From: Candidatus Giovannonibacteria bacterium RIFCSPLOWO2_12_FULL_44_15
Lineage (GTDB): Bacteria > Patescibacteriota > Minisyncoccia > JACPKW01 > UBA11713
Reading direction: 5' to 3'
NCBI GenBank assembly: GCA_001778905.1
Contig: MFIQ01000001.1
Span: 9,539-60,577 of the forward strand
DNA length: 51,039 nucleotides
Under the pieces are notes generated by a model. The model was not told the DNA's origin. It made no database searches and saw nothing but the letters and a program-made list of their open reading frames with translations. Shown here piece after piece: positions 1 to 8,107 of the stretch (positions within the stretch are counted from its first letter, which is position 1; every line of letters begins with the position of its first letter). A program made the translations under genes and the position numbers.

Positions 1-1
1 T

Positions 2-118
2 TTGAAAATGGATTTTGGAAAGATTAGCTTCTCCCACGTACCCAGAGCGCAAAATAAGCATGCCGACCAGATGGTCAATGACGCCCTTGATGGAGGCAAC
101 GCCGCAACTCTTTTTTAA
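2..118 (+). CDS. rnhA: Ribonuclease HI family protein, C-terminal fragment (gene starts before the window)
   Basis: Frame 2 reads LKMDFGKISFSHVPRAQNKHADQMVNDALD...; HVPR-x-x-N-x-x-AD is the RNase HI C-terminal motif; TAA overlaps the next ATG. Confidence 0.8.
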   Translation: MKMDFGKISFSHVPRAQNKHADQMVNDALDGGNAATLF

Positions 119-1452
119 TGAGGAACCTCGCGATAATATCGATATTTGGATTTTTTTCCGGAGTTGTCCTTCGGTCTTTTTTTGTCTTTAATTTTGAATT
201 TACTTTCTTAATTTTTGCTGTTGCTTTTGCACTCGGATTAATTTTTTGGTGCGGGGTTGATTTTGGATTTATTTTGATACAAACCGCGATATTTCTAGTC
301 GCGCTCGGCTTAGGCGTTTTAAGATACGAAATCCAGGATAATACGGAATATATATCGGAATTCAAAACCAAAATCGGCCAGAATATGGAAATATCAGGAA
401 TGGTAATCGAAGATCCGCAAAAATTGGATAAATTTACTAGGGCGGTTTTTAGAAAAGATAAAATCAAGATTTTATTGACCTTGCCGCATTACCCGGAAGT
501 GAATTACGGGGATAATTTGACGATTTTGGGAAAACTCGAAGAACCGGAGAACTTTTCGGATTTTGATTGGAAAAATTACCTCGCCAAGGACGATATTTAT
601 TTTGAAATGTTTTTGCCGAAAATTATAACAAAGGAAAGCGGAGACGGGTCGGGAATTAAGAGATTTCTATTCTCGGTGAAGCATAAATTTTTGGATAATC
701 TTTCAAGAGTCCTGCCCGAACCACACCGATCATTTTTGGCGGGAGTTACGATAGGAGAAAGGACTTCGCTTCCGGATGAAATTGAGGAGGATTTCAGGAA
801 TATTGGCGTTATCCATCTTGTGGTCCTTTCCGGGTACAATATTTCAATTGTCTCCGAAAATACGATTAAGATTTTAAGTTATCTGCCGGTCGCAAAAACT
901 ATAAGGGCGCTTATTGCGACCGCAGGCGTAATTCTTTTCGCGATTATGACCGGTGGTTCGGCAACGGTTGTCCGCGCGGCAATAATGGGAGTCCTTATAT
1001 TATGGGCGCGTGAGACTGGGAAAATTTATCAAGCGCTCTCCGCGCTCATTTTCGCGGCCTTTTTAATGGCATTAGTAAATCCAAAAATCATCCGCTTTGA
1101 TGCTTCTTTCCAGCTTTCATTTTTGGCGACAGCGGGACTAATTTTCGTATCGCCGAGGATCGAGAAATACTTTTCGTGGTTTCCGAATTTCTGGAAATTG
1201 CGAGAAAATCTCATCTCGACCCTCTCGACGCAAATTTTTGTCCTGCCGCTTTTAATATATTTAGGTGGCAATTTTTCATGGAGGACTATTCCGGCGAATC
1301 TCTTGATATTAAGCGCAATGCCGGTTACCATGTTTTTCGGATTCTTAACTGGCCTTGCCGGATTCGCTTCGCATTATCTTTCCTGGGTTCTCGCTTGGCC
1401 CGCTTATTGGCTTTTGGCCTACGAACTTTGGGTTGTAAAAATATTTTCGTGA
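118..1452 (+). CDS. comEC: ComEC/Rec2 competence protein, OB (DUF4131) and membrane Competence domains
   Basis: Motifs HLVVLSGYNI, SATVVRAAIMG, SFQLSFLAT; many TM segments. Confidence 0.93.
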   Translation: MRNLAIISIFGFFSGVVLRSFFVFNFEFTFLIFAVAFALGLIFWCGVDFGFILIQTAIFLVALGLGVLRYEIQDNTEYISEFKTKIGQNMEISGMVIEDPQKLDKFTRAVFRKDKIKILLTLPHYPEVNYGDNLTILGKLEEPENFSDFDWKNYLAKDDIYFEMFLPKIITKESGDGSGIKRFLFSVKHKFLDNLSRVLPEPHRSFLAGVTIGERTSLPDEIEEDFRNIGVIHLVVLSGYNISIVSENTIKILSYLPVAKTIRALIATAGVILFAIMTGGSATVVRAAIMGVLILWARETGKIYQALSALIFAAFLMALVNPKIIRFDASFQLSFLATAGLIFVSPRIEKYFSWFPNFWKLRENLISTLSTQIFVLPLLIYLGGNFSWRTIPANLLILSAMPVTMFFGFLTGLAGFASHYLSWVLAWPAYWLLAYELWVVKIFS

Positions 1453-1455
1453 TAT

Positions 1456-2307
1456 ATGAGAAGAAATTTTAAATATATATTTATATTGTTTTTACTGATT
1501 ATTGCGGTTTTGGCGTCCCGGGAGACATTTAGTCTTGGTGACGGAAATCTAAAATTTTATGTGCTGGATATCGGACAGGGAGACGCGATTTTTGTCCAGA
1601 CTCCTTCCGGAAATCAGATTTTAATTGACGGAGGCCAGGACAGAAGAATTTTAGAGGAGCTCGGGAAGGTCATGCCTTTTTACGACCGCTCCATAGATTT
1701 GGTAATTTTAACCCATCCGCATTTGGATCACGCTGGCGGGCTTCTCGAAGTTTTAGAAAATTACAAAGTTTGGGAATTTGTGGACGGGGGAGATATATAT
1801 AATCTCGCGGAATACGGCGAGCTGAAAAAATTAGTTGAAGAGAAAAAAATAAGCTACAGGACTGTGCAACGTGGTATGCAAATATCTTTGGATAAAGGCG
1901 TTAGCCTTTTGGTTTTAACTCCTGAGAAATTAGTTAAAAGCGACAATCCGCACAATAATAATGTCGTCGTGCGCCTTTCATATGGCAAGGTGGATTTTCT
2001 TTTAATGGGCGACGGGGAGAAAGGCGAAGAACTCAAGCTTGTTCAAGCCGGAGACAATCTCGAAAGCGAGGTCTTGAAAGTCGGCCATCACGGCTCAAAA
2101 ACTTCTTCCAACCCATTATTTCTGGAAAAAGTAAATCCAGAGTATGCTTTAATATCTGCTGGCGTCAAAAACAGGTACGGCCACCCCGCGCAGAGTACTT
2201 TGGATAATCTTCTAGCGGCGGGCGCAAAAATATTACGAACCGATGTAGATTCAACTATTGAATTTAAAACCGACGGAAATAACTTGACTTTAACCGAAGA
2301 AAAATAG
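1456..2307 (+). CDS. ComEC-type metallo-beta-lactamase-fold hydrolase (stand-alone ComEC C-terminal domain)
   Basis: DIGQGDA, LTHPHLDHAGG, LKVGHHGS, NRYGHP; N-terminal signal/TM segment. Confidence 0.9.
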   Translation: MRRNFKYIFILFLLIIAVLASRETFSLGDGNLKFYVLDIGQGDAIFVQTPSGNQILIDGGQDRRILEELGKVMPFYDRSIDLVILTHPHLDHAGGLLEVLENYKVWEFVDGGDIYNLAEYGELKKLVEEKKISYRTVQRGMQISLDKGVSLLVLTPEKLVKSDNPHNNNVVVRLSYGKVDFLLMGDGEKGEELKLVQAGDNLESEVLKVGHHGSKTSSNPLFLEKVNPEYALISAGVKNRYGHPAQSTLDNLLAAGAKILRTDVDSTIEFKTDGNNLTLTEEK

Positions 2308-2328
2308 TATCATCTAAGGTACTTATTT

Positions 2329-3405
2329 ATGAAAGGATTTGATTTTCCAGTTTTCAAGACAAAGACCACAGGGGTAACGGAAAAATTTTCTTTGGAGGAT
2401 CCGGTTGGGCGCCGGAAATATTTCGAGGCGAAGGCTGGGCCGGAGATAGAAAAATTGAGAGATTATCTGCGAACGGGCACTTTCGTGGCATTTTTGCTCG
2501 GCCCGAAAAATTCTGGAAAGGGCACCTACACAAAGCTTTTTATGGAAGCTTTGGGCGACGATAGAGCTGGGCATATCTCCGTGGGAGATGTTGTTCGCGG
2601 CGCCCACAAAGACCTAGAGAACGATAAATCTAAGAAAGAGCTTATGCAATTTCTAAAAGAGAGGTATAGGGGCGGTGCTTCTCCAGAAGAAATTATCGAA
2701 CTTATACGAAGCTGGGGGGTATCAAACCCACTTCTCCCGACAGAAGCAATTTTGGCCTTGGTGGAACGCGAAATTTCAAAACTTGGCCGCAAAGCCATTT
2801 TTATAGACGGTTTCCCTAGGAGCCTGGACCAAATCTCAAACGCACTATACTTCCGCGCGCTAATGGGATATCGTAGTGATCCAGACTTTTTTGTTTTTAT
2901 TGACGTGCCGGAATCGGTGATAGACGAAAGGATTAAATACCGAGTCATCTGTCCCATTTGCCACACGCCGAGAAATTTAAAACTTCTTCGCACAAAAGAT
3001 ATTAAATATGATAAAGAGAGCAAAAACTTCCAACTTCTTTGCGACGACACATCTTGCAAAGGCGCGGTTATGGTTCCGAAAGAAGGGGATGAGCTCGGGA
3101 TTGAACCAATTCGTGACAGAATCGAGGCTGACAGAGAAGTCATGAAAACCCTCTTGGATTTTCATGGCATTGATAAGATTTATCTTCGTAATAGCGTTCC
3201 AGTTGATAAGGCCCAGGAATATGTAGATGATTACGAGCTCACGCCAGCATATAGTTACAAATGGGATGTGAAAAAAGGCGAAGTTATTGTGGAAGAGAGT
3301 CACTGGACGGTAAAAGATGAATCCGGTACGGAAGTGTATAGCCTTCTTCCTGCGGCCGTAGTTTTAGCTTTAATTAAGCAAGTTGCCAAAGTCCTTGGTT
3401 TGTAG
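2329..3405 (+). CDS. Adenylate/nucleoside monophosphate kinase-like protein with extensions
   Basis: P-loop GPKNSGKGT, HISVGD, IDGFPR, Cys-containing LID (CPIC...CDDTSC). Confidence 0.75.
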   Translation: MKGFDFPVFKTKTTGVTEKFSLEDPVGRRKYFEAKAGPEIEKLRDYLRTGTFVAFLLGPKNSGKGTYTKLFMEALGDDRAGHISVGDVVRGAHKDLENDKSKKELMQFLKERYRGGASPEEIIELIRSWGVSNPLLPTEAILALVEREISKLGRKAIFIDGFPRSLDQISNALYFRALMGYRSDPDFFVFIDVPESVIDERIKYRVICPICHTPRNLKLLRTKDIKYDKESKNFQLLCDDTSCKGAVMVPKEGDELGIEPIRDRIEADREVMKTLLDFHGIDKIYLRNSVPVDKAQEYVDDYELTPAYSYKWDVKKGEVIVEESHWTVKDESGTEVYSLLPAAVVLALIKQVAKVLGL

Positions 3406-3548
3406 TTGTTTAATCCACAGGCTGTAAACATATTTTCTACAACTTTCTAAGAAGATTTCCACACTAGCTGCTTTTTTGAAGCCAATTAGAGCATAGAATT
3501 TTTTAGCTGGGAACTTCTTATTGGAATCGGCTGGATTATACTAAAACT

Positions 3549-3674
3549 GAGGATATCGTCCAACGCTACTACACTAAATTATTCCATCAATTAAATCCCT
3601 TTGTGTAGCCTCGCCCGTGGGCAGGCGCCAAGGAAATTTTGGAGAAAAAGTAGTCTAGCAAGGACGGTATCTTT
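3549..3674 (+). ncRNA. Candidate structured ncRNA: long irregular hairpin with internal bubble, 6S RNA-like
   Basis: 13-bp closing stem 3549-3561/3662-3674 with nested helices to an apical gccc/gggc stem; TATACT -10 box at 3537-3542. Confidence 0.45.
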
Positions 3675-3691
3675 GTATTATAATTAGATGA

Positions 3692-4108
3692 ATGCTGAAT
3701 TTTACTGTTTCTGGTAAGCTAATTCTTATAATTTTTCTGGCGATTTTTCTTGTTCACGGGTGGGCTACGCTAAGCGCGGCCTATTTTTATTATTGGTGGT
3801 TAGATTTGGTTCTGCACGGCGCCGGGGGGCTATGGGTTGGGATGACAGCTCTGTATTTGATAAGAAATGAAAATTTTTCTCCGATTATAATTTTCTGGCT
3901 TGTTTTTGGTTCGGCCGCGATAGTCGGTCTTTTCTGGGAGTTTTTTGAATTTGCGCTAGCCCACCTTCCTGGTGAATTGAGTAAATTTGGATTTATCCAG
4001 CAGGGGATTGAAGATGTGTTAAGTGATCTCCTCTCCGATCTCATCGGAGGAATAATTGCATTTTCCCTTTTTCGAACACAGCAAAAAAATTATAATAATA
4101 AGCAATGA
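3692..4108 (+). CDS. Small integral membrane protein (VanZ/DUF2238-like)
   Basis: D-x-x-x-H-x-x-GG, WEFFEF and EDVLSDL motifs; about 4 TM helices. Confidence 0.6.
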   Translation: MLNFTVSGKLILIIFLAIFLVHGWATLSAAYFYYWWLDLVLHGAGGLWVGMTALYLIRNENFSPIIIFWLVFGSAAIVGLFWEFFEFALAHLPGELSKFGFIQQGIEDVLSDLLSDLIGGIIAFSLFRTQQKNYNNKQ

Positions 4109-5451
4109 AGATTTCTTTTTACGGAGGTTCGCAGGAGGTAACTGGATCATGTTTTCTTTTTGATTCTGGCAGAACGAAGATACTTGTCGATTGCGGTCTT
4201 TTCCAATGTCCCAGGTTTTGCGACCTAAGATCTAGAGATCCTTTCCCATTTGACCCCAAAGACATCAAAGCGCTTTTCGTAACGCACGCGCACATTGATC
4301 ATACGGGCAGAATTCCCAAGCTTGTTAAGGAAGGGTTTTCTGGAAAAATTTATTCAACCCCCCCGACAAAGGAACTTGCCTTGCTCATGCTTGAAGATAG
4401 TTTGGGCGTTTTGGAAAAGGAATCACGGCACCATAAAGAAGAATTAATGTTTGGCCCGGAGGATATAGCTTCCGCGTTCAAAATTTGGGAGGGGGTAGAA
4501 TACCATAAAACAATCGAAATCGGCGACTTGAAGATACGCCTGCTTGATTCAGGACATATATTGGGCTCATCTATGATCGAAATCAATGCGGGCGGGAAGA
4601 AAATTGTCTTTACTGGAGATTTGGGAAATCCGCCGACCCCTCTTTTGAATAATCCTGAAGAAATTAAGGATGCCTCAACCTTGCTCGTAGAATCAACTTA
4701 CGGGAATCGTGTCCATGACGATAAAAAAGAGAGAAAGGTAAAATTGGAAAGAATTATCGAAGATACAATACACTCTAAGGGCGTATTGATGATTCCGGCT
4801 TTCTCGCTTGAGCGCACCCAAGAACTCCTTGCGGAAATAGACGATCTTCTGGAATCAGGAAGAGTACCCAGAATCCCTATTTTTTTGGATTCGCCTTTGG
4901 CCATTAAAGCCACTGCGGTTTATAAAAAATACGAAAATTATTTTAACAGCCAAGCGCATAAGAAAATAAAATCTGGAGATGATATTTTTCGTTTCCCAGG
5001 GCTTAAGTTTACTTTGACGACAGAGGAGTCTAAAGCGATAAATGAAATAAAGGCGCCTAAGATTATAATCGCGGGTTCGGGTATGTCCAATGGAGGAAGA
5101 ATTTTGCATCATGAAAAAAGATATCTTTCCGATCCGAACTCGACATTGCTTCTTGTTGGGTACCAAGCCGCGGGTTCATTGGGGAGGATGCTCCAGGACC
5201 ATGTGGGAGAAGTCACCATACACGGCGAGAAAGTTTTGGTTCGCGCCAAGATAAAAACTCTGCAGGGATATTCTTCACATCCGGATCGCGAGCAGTTGAT
5301 GGAATTTATATCAAAGAGCAAGGATACGCTGGAGAAAGTTTTTGTGATCACGGGCGAGCCAGCTTCCGCGCTTTTTTTAGTCCAGCGCGTTCGCGATTAT
5401 CTCGGCATACCTACAGAGGCCCCCCGCTACGGGGAGACAAAAGAAATTTGA
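4105..5451 (+). CDS. MBL-fold beta-CASP ribonuclease (YSH1/COG1236 family)
   Basis: VTGSC, THAHIDHTG, GHILGS, ESTYG, AGSGM, YSSHPD. Confidence 0.92.
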   Translation: MKISFYGGSQEVTGSCFLFDSGRTKILVDCGLFQCPRFCDLRSRDPFPFDPKDIKALFVTHAHIDHTGRIPKLVKEGFSGKIYSTPPTKELALLMLEDSLGVLEKESRHHKEELMFGPEDIASAFKIWEGVEYHKTIEIGDLKIRLLDSGHILGSSMIEINAGGKKIVFTGDLGNPPTPLLNNPEEIKDASTLLVESTYGNRVHDDKKERKVKLERIIEDTIHSKGVLMIPAFSLERTQELLAEIDDLLESGRVPRIPIFLDSPLAIKATAVYKKYENYFNSQAHKKIKSGDDIFRFPGLKFTLTTEESKAINEIKAPKIIIAGSGMSNGGRILHHEKRYLSDPNSTLLLVGYQAAGSLGRMLQDHVGEVTIHGEKVLVRAKIKTLQGYSSHPDREQLMEFISKSKDTLEKVFVITGEPASALFLVQRVRDYLGIPTEAPRYGETKEI

Positions 5452-5473
5452 AATATATGTTAAAATTTGCTTT

Positions 5474-6049
5474 ATGAAACCCTCACCACATTCCCATCTT
5501 AAATTTAAAATTTGCGTCTCTGGAGCGGCCGAGACGGGGCACTGTGGGGACGACGCTTTAAATATGGCAAAAGAAGTCGGGAAAGAAATCGCCAAGCATA
5601 AGACAGTTTTGGTTACGGGAGCGACCACCGGGGTCCCTTTCTGGGCCTGCATCGGGGCTAAAGAGGAGGGCGGCATATCGATAGGCCTTTCCCCCGCCAA
5701 AAACGAAAAAGAGCACATTGAGGAATACAAATTACCGGTGGATTACATGGATATCATTGTCTATACGGGATTTGGATATTCCGGGCGAAATCTTTTATTG
5801 ACCCGTTCTGCCGATGCGGTTATTTTCGGATGCGGCAGGATGGGGACTTTAAACGAATTTACCATTGCGTATGAAGACGACAAGCCGATAGGTGTTTTGA
5901 TGGGGGATTGGGAAACCGGTAATCTTTTCAAGGAAATTGTGGAGAAATCTCACCGCGGCCCTGGGAAAATTGTTTATGATTCGGATCCCAAAGCTTTAGT
6001 TGAAAAAGTAATCGAACTTGTCCGAAAAGAGAAAATAATTGAGATATGA
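5474..6049 (+). CDS. SLOG/LOG family nucleotide-binding protein (TIGR00725-like)
   Basis: VTGATTGVP, GLSPA, YTGFGYSGRN, GTLNEF. Confidence 0.8.
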   Translation: MKPSPHSHLKFKICVSGAAETGHCGDDALNMAKEVGKEIAKHKTVLVTGATTGVPFWACIGAKEEGGISIGLSPAKNEKEHIEEYKLPVDYMDIIVYTGFGYSGRNLLLTRSADAVIFGCGRMGTLNEFTIAYEDDKPIGVLMGDWETGNLFKEIVEKSHRGPGKIVYDSDPKALVEKVIELVRKEKIIEI

Positions 6050-7161
6050 AAACCCTTGAGGGATTTGGGATTTTGGTCGGGGTCATAATCGGCGCGGGAA
6101 TTTTCGGTCTGCCGTATAGCTTTTCCGGAGCCCCTCTTTCATGGAACATATTTCTTTTTCTGGGCGTATTTTGTTTAAGCGTTTTGCTGCATCTTCTTTT
6201 TGCCGGAATTATCTATACGACTCCTGGAAAGCATCGTTTCCCTGGCTATGTCCAGATTTATTTAGGGCCGAGAGCGGAGACCATCGCCACAATTTTTGCC
6301 GCTTTGAGCTCGTATGGCGCGATGCTCGCGTACGGAATCCTTGGAGCAACTTTTCTGCAAAATATTTTCGGTATAGATTTTTTTATTGGAGGAATTTTGT
6401 TTTTTATTCTGGGCGGGGCTCTCTTTTTTCTGTCTATAGACGAGATAGGGAAAATTAATTTTTATCTGACCCTCCCTCTTGTCTGTTTCATATTACTGAT
6501 GGCATTTAAAATTTTTCCGGATATTCATCCCGAGAACTTTTTAGTTGATGGCCATTCGTGGTTTCTTGCTTACGGTATTTTGGTTTTTGCTTTTGGAGGA
6601 TATTCGGCCTTGCCGGATCTGCGCGACATATTGGGAGCGCGCAACCGATCGCTCCCTAAAAAAATTATTTTATGGAGCCTTGTTGCCGCAGCTCTGGTAT
6701 ATTTGGTTTTCATTTTTACGGTACTTGGAGTTTCTGGAAGTTTTGTCACGCCGGATGCCATTTCTGGATTGCCCTCGGCCCTGGGGAAAGGAATTTTGGT
6801 GATAGGATCGCTCATCGGCATTTTTACGGTTTTCCGCGCGTATATCGGCTTCGGCGCGGATTTAAAACTTACTTATAAATATGATTACGAAATTCGTGAA
6901 GTTAGCGCCTGGTTTTTATCTTTTCTCCCTCCCATTTTTTTATTTATTCTGGGATTTGTCGATCTAGTCCGGGTATTAAGCGTTGTGGGCTCCGTTGGTT
7001 TGGGTATTTTTGCAGTTTTTATACTATTGATGGTATGGGAAAGAAAGGGAGATGTTTCGACTTTTCTAGGATTTAGAGTACGGGGCTGGTGGCTCTCTAT
7101 CATTGGAATTTTAGTGGTATTGGGAGCGCTTCAGGATTTATTTGCCGGGTTTATTTTTTGA
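6046..7161 (+). CDS. Amino acid permease (aromatic amino acid transporter family)
   Basis: GVIIGAGIFGLPY N-terminal motif; about 11 TM helices. Confidence 0.8.
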   Translation: MKTLEGFGILVGVIIGAGIFGLPYSFSGAPLSWNIFLFLGVFCLSVLLHLLFAGIIYTTPGKHRFPGYVQIYLGPRAETIATIFAALSSYGAMLAYGILGATFLQNIFGIDFFIGGILFFILGGALFFLSIDEIGKINFYLTLPLVCFILLMAFKIFPDIHPENFLVDGHSWFLAYGILVFAFGGYSALPDLRDILGARNRSLPKKIILWSLVAAALVYLVFIFTVLGVSGSFVTPDAISGLPSALGKGILVIGSLIGIFTVFRAYIGFGADLKLTYKYDYEIREVSAWFLSFLPPIFLFILGFVDLVRVLSVVGSVGLGIFAVFILLMVWERKGDVSTFLGFRVRGWWLSIIGILVVLGALQDLFAGFIF

Positions 7162-7166
7162 GTTTA

Positions 7167-7787
7167 ATGAATAAAGAAGAATCCCTTCTCCTACTTAAAA
7201 AAGAGATTGAGGAAAATCAGAATCTCCCGCTTTATGGAGAGGGGAATTTAGTTTTCGGGGAGGGGAGCGCCGATGCAGAAGTTTTGTTTATTGGAGAGGC
7301 GCCGGGGTTTCACGAAGACAAATTATCCCGACCATTCGTCGGGCAAGCGGGGAAGCTTCTCGATAAATTACTTTTGATGATAAAATGGCCCCGCGAATCG
7401 GTTTATATAACGAATATTGTGAAGCGCCGCCCTCCCAGCAACCGCGACCCCCTGCCGTCCGAAATCGACGCCTATAAGCCTTATTTAGAAAGACAAATTA
7501 AAATAATCGATCCAAAGATAATTGCGACCTTGGGGAGATATTCCATGAATTATTTCCTGCCCGAGGCCAAAATTTCCCGCGATCACGGAGTTGCACAATT
7601 TGCAGGAGAATATCTCATTTTGCCCCTATACCACCCCGCGGCTGCCCTCCGCGCGACAGCCGTTTTGAAAGACCTCGAGACCGACTTCAAAAAACTTCCC
7701 GATATCCTAAAAAATCCCCTTATGCGTCCAGAGACTGCTAAAATACAAAAGCTGACTGAAGAAGACAAACAAACAAAGTTATTTTGA
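7167..7787 (+). CDS. Uracil-DNA glycosylase family 4
   Basis: IGEAPG, RPFVGQAG, NIVKRRPPSNRDP, YHPAA; start moved to ATG 7167. Confidence 0.92.
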   Translation: MNKEESLLLLKKEIEENQNLPLYGEGNLVFGEGSADAEVLFIGEAPGFHEDKLSRPFVGQAGKLLDKLLLMIKWPRESVYITNIVKRRPPSNRDPLPSEIDAYKPYLERQIKIIDPKIIATLGRYSMNYFLPEAKISRDHGVAQFAGEYLILPLYHPAAALRATAVLKDLETDFKKLPDILKNPLMRPETAKIQKLTEEDKQTKLF

Positions 7788-7789
7788 CC

Positions 7790-7857
7790 AAATAAAAAAT
7801 GCTCCTGTACCAGTTTTCGGGCATCAATGATTGATGACCAAGAATCGGTACAGGAGC
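7790..7857 (-). terminator. Long hairpin followed by a U-tract on the minus strand (possibly bidirectional)
   Basis: gctcctgtacc 7801-7811 / ggtacaggagc 7847-7857 perfect arms, inner catcaa/ttgatg stem, A-run at 7790-7799. Confidence 0.6.
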
Positions 7858-8107
7858 TAATTCCATCCCGCTAGGCGGGACATAGAGAAATATTTTGTTA
7901 TAAGGAACCAATTAAGCGACTTTAGAAAATTTCTTTTATCCAAACGCTTGCGTGCTATTACTTCTTGCCCCGCATCCTTCCCCAGGAACGCGAAACCATT
8001 TGGCACAGGCACTTTTGGCTTAAAGGCATTCTTAAAGGAGCTTACATATATAATAGCAGATGAGTATAAATAATGATGTTAATAAGTATAGATGATAGAA
8101 TAAAGCT

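Noticed and set aside
3411..3463. DnaA-box-like 9-mers (taatccaca, ttttctaca, atttccaca; also single ones near 11572 and 41192) as oriC
   Set aside because: All are mismatched, few in number, with no dnaA/dnaN nearby and no clear unwinding element; at most regulatory sites
3620..3640. gcaggcgccaaggaa as SRP RNA domain IV
   Set aside because: No GNRA tetraloop and no following GCAGC; the sequence lies on a helix arm
7089..7166. Upstream extension of the UDG ORF
   Set aside because: Overlaps the permease and has no UDG similarity; ATG 7167 preferred
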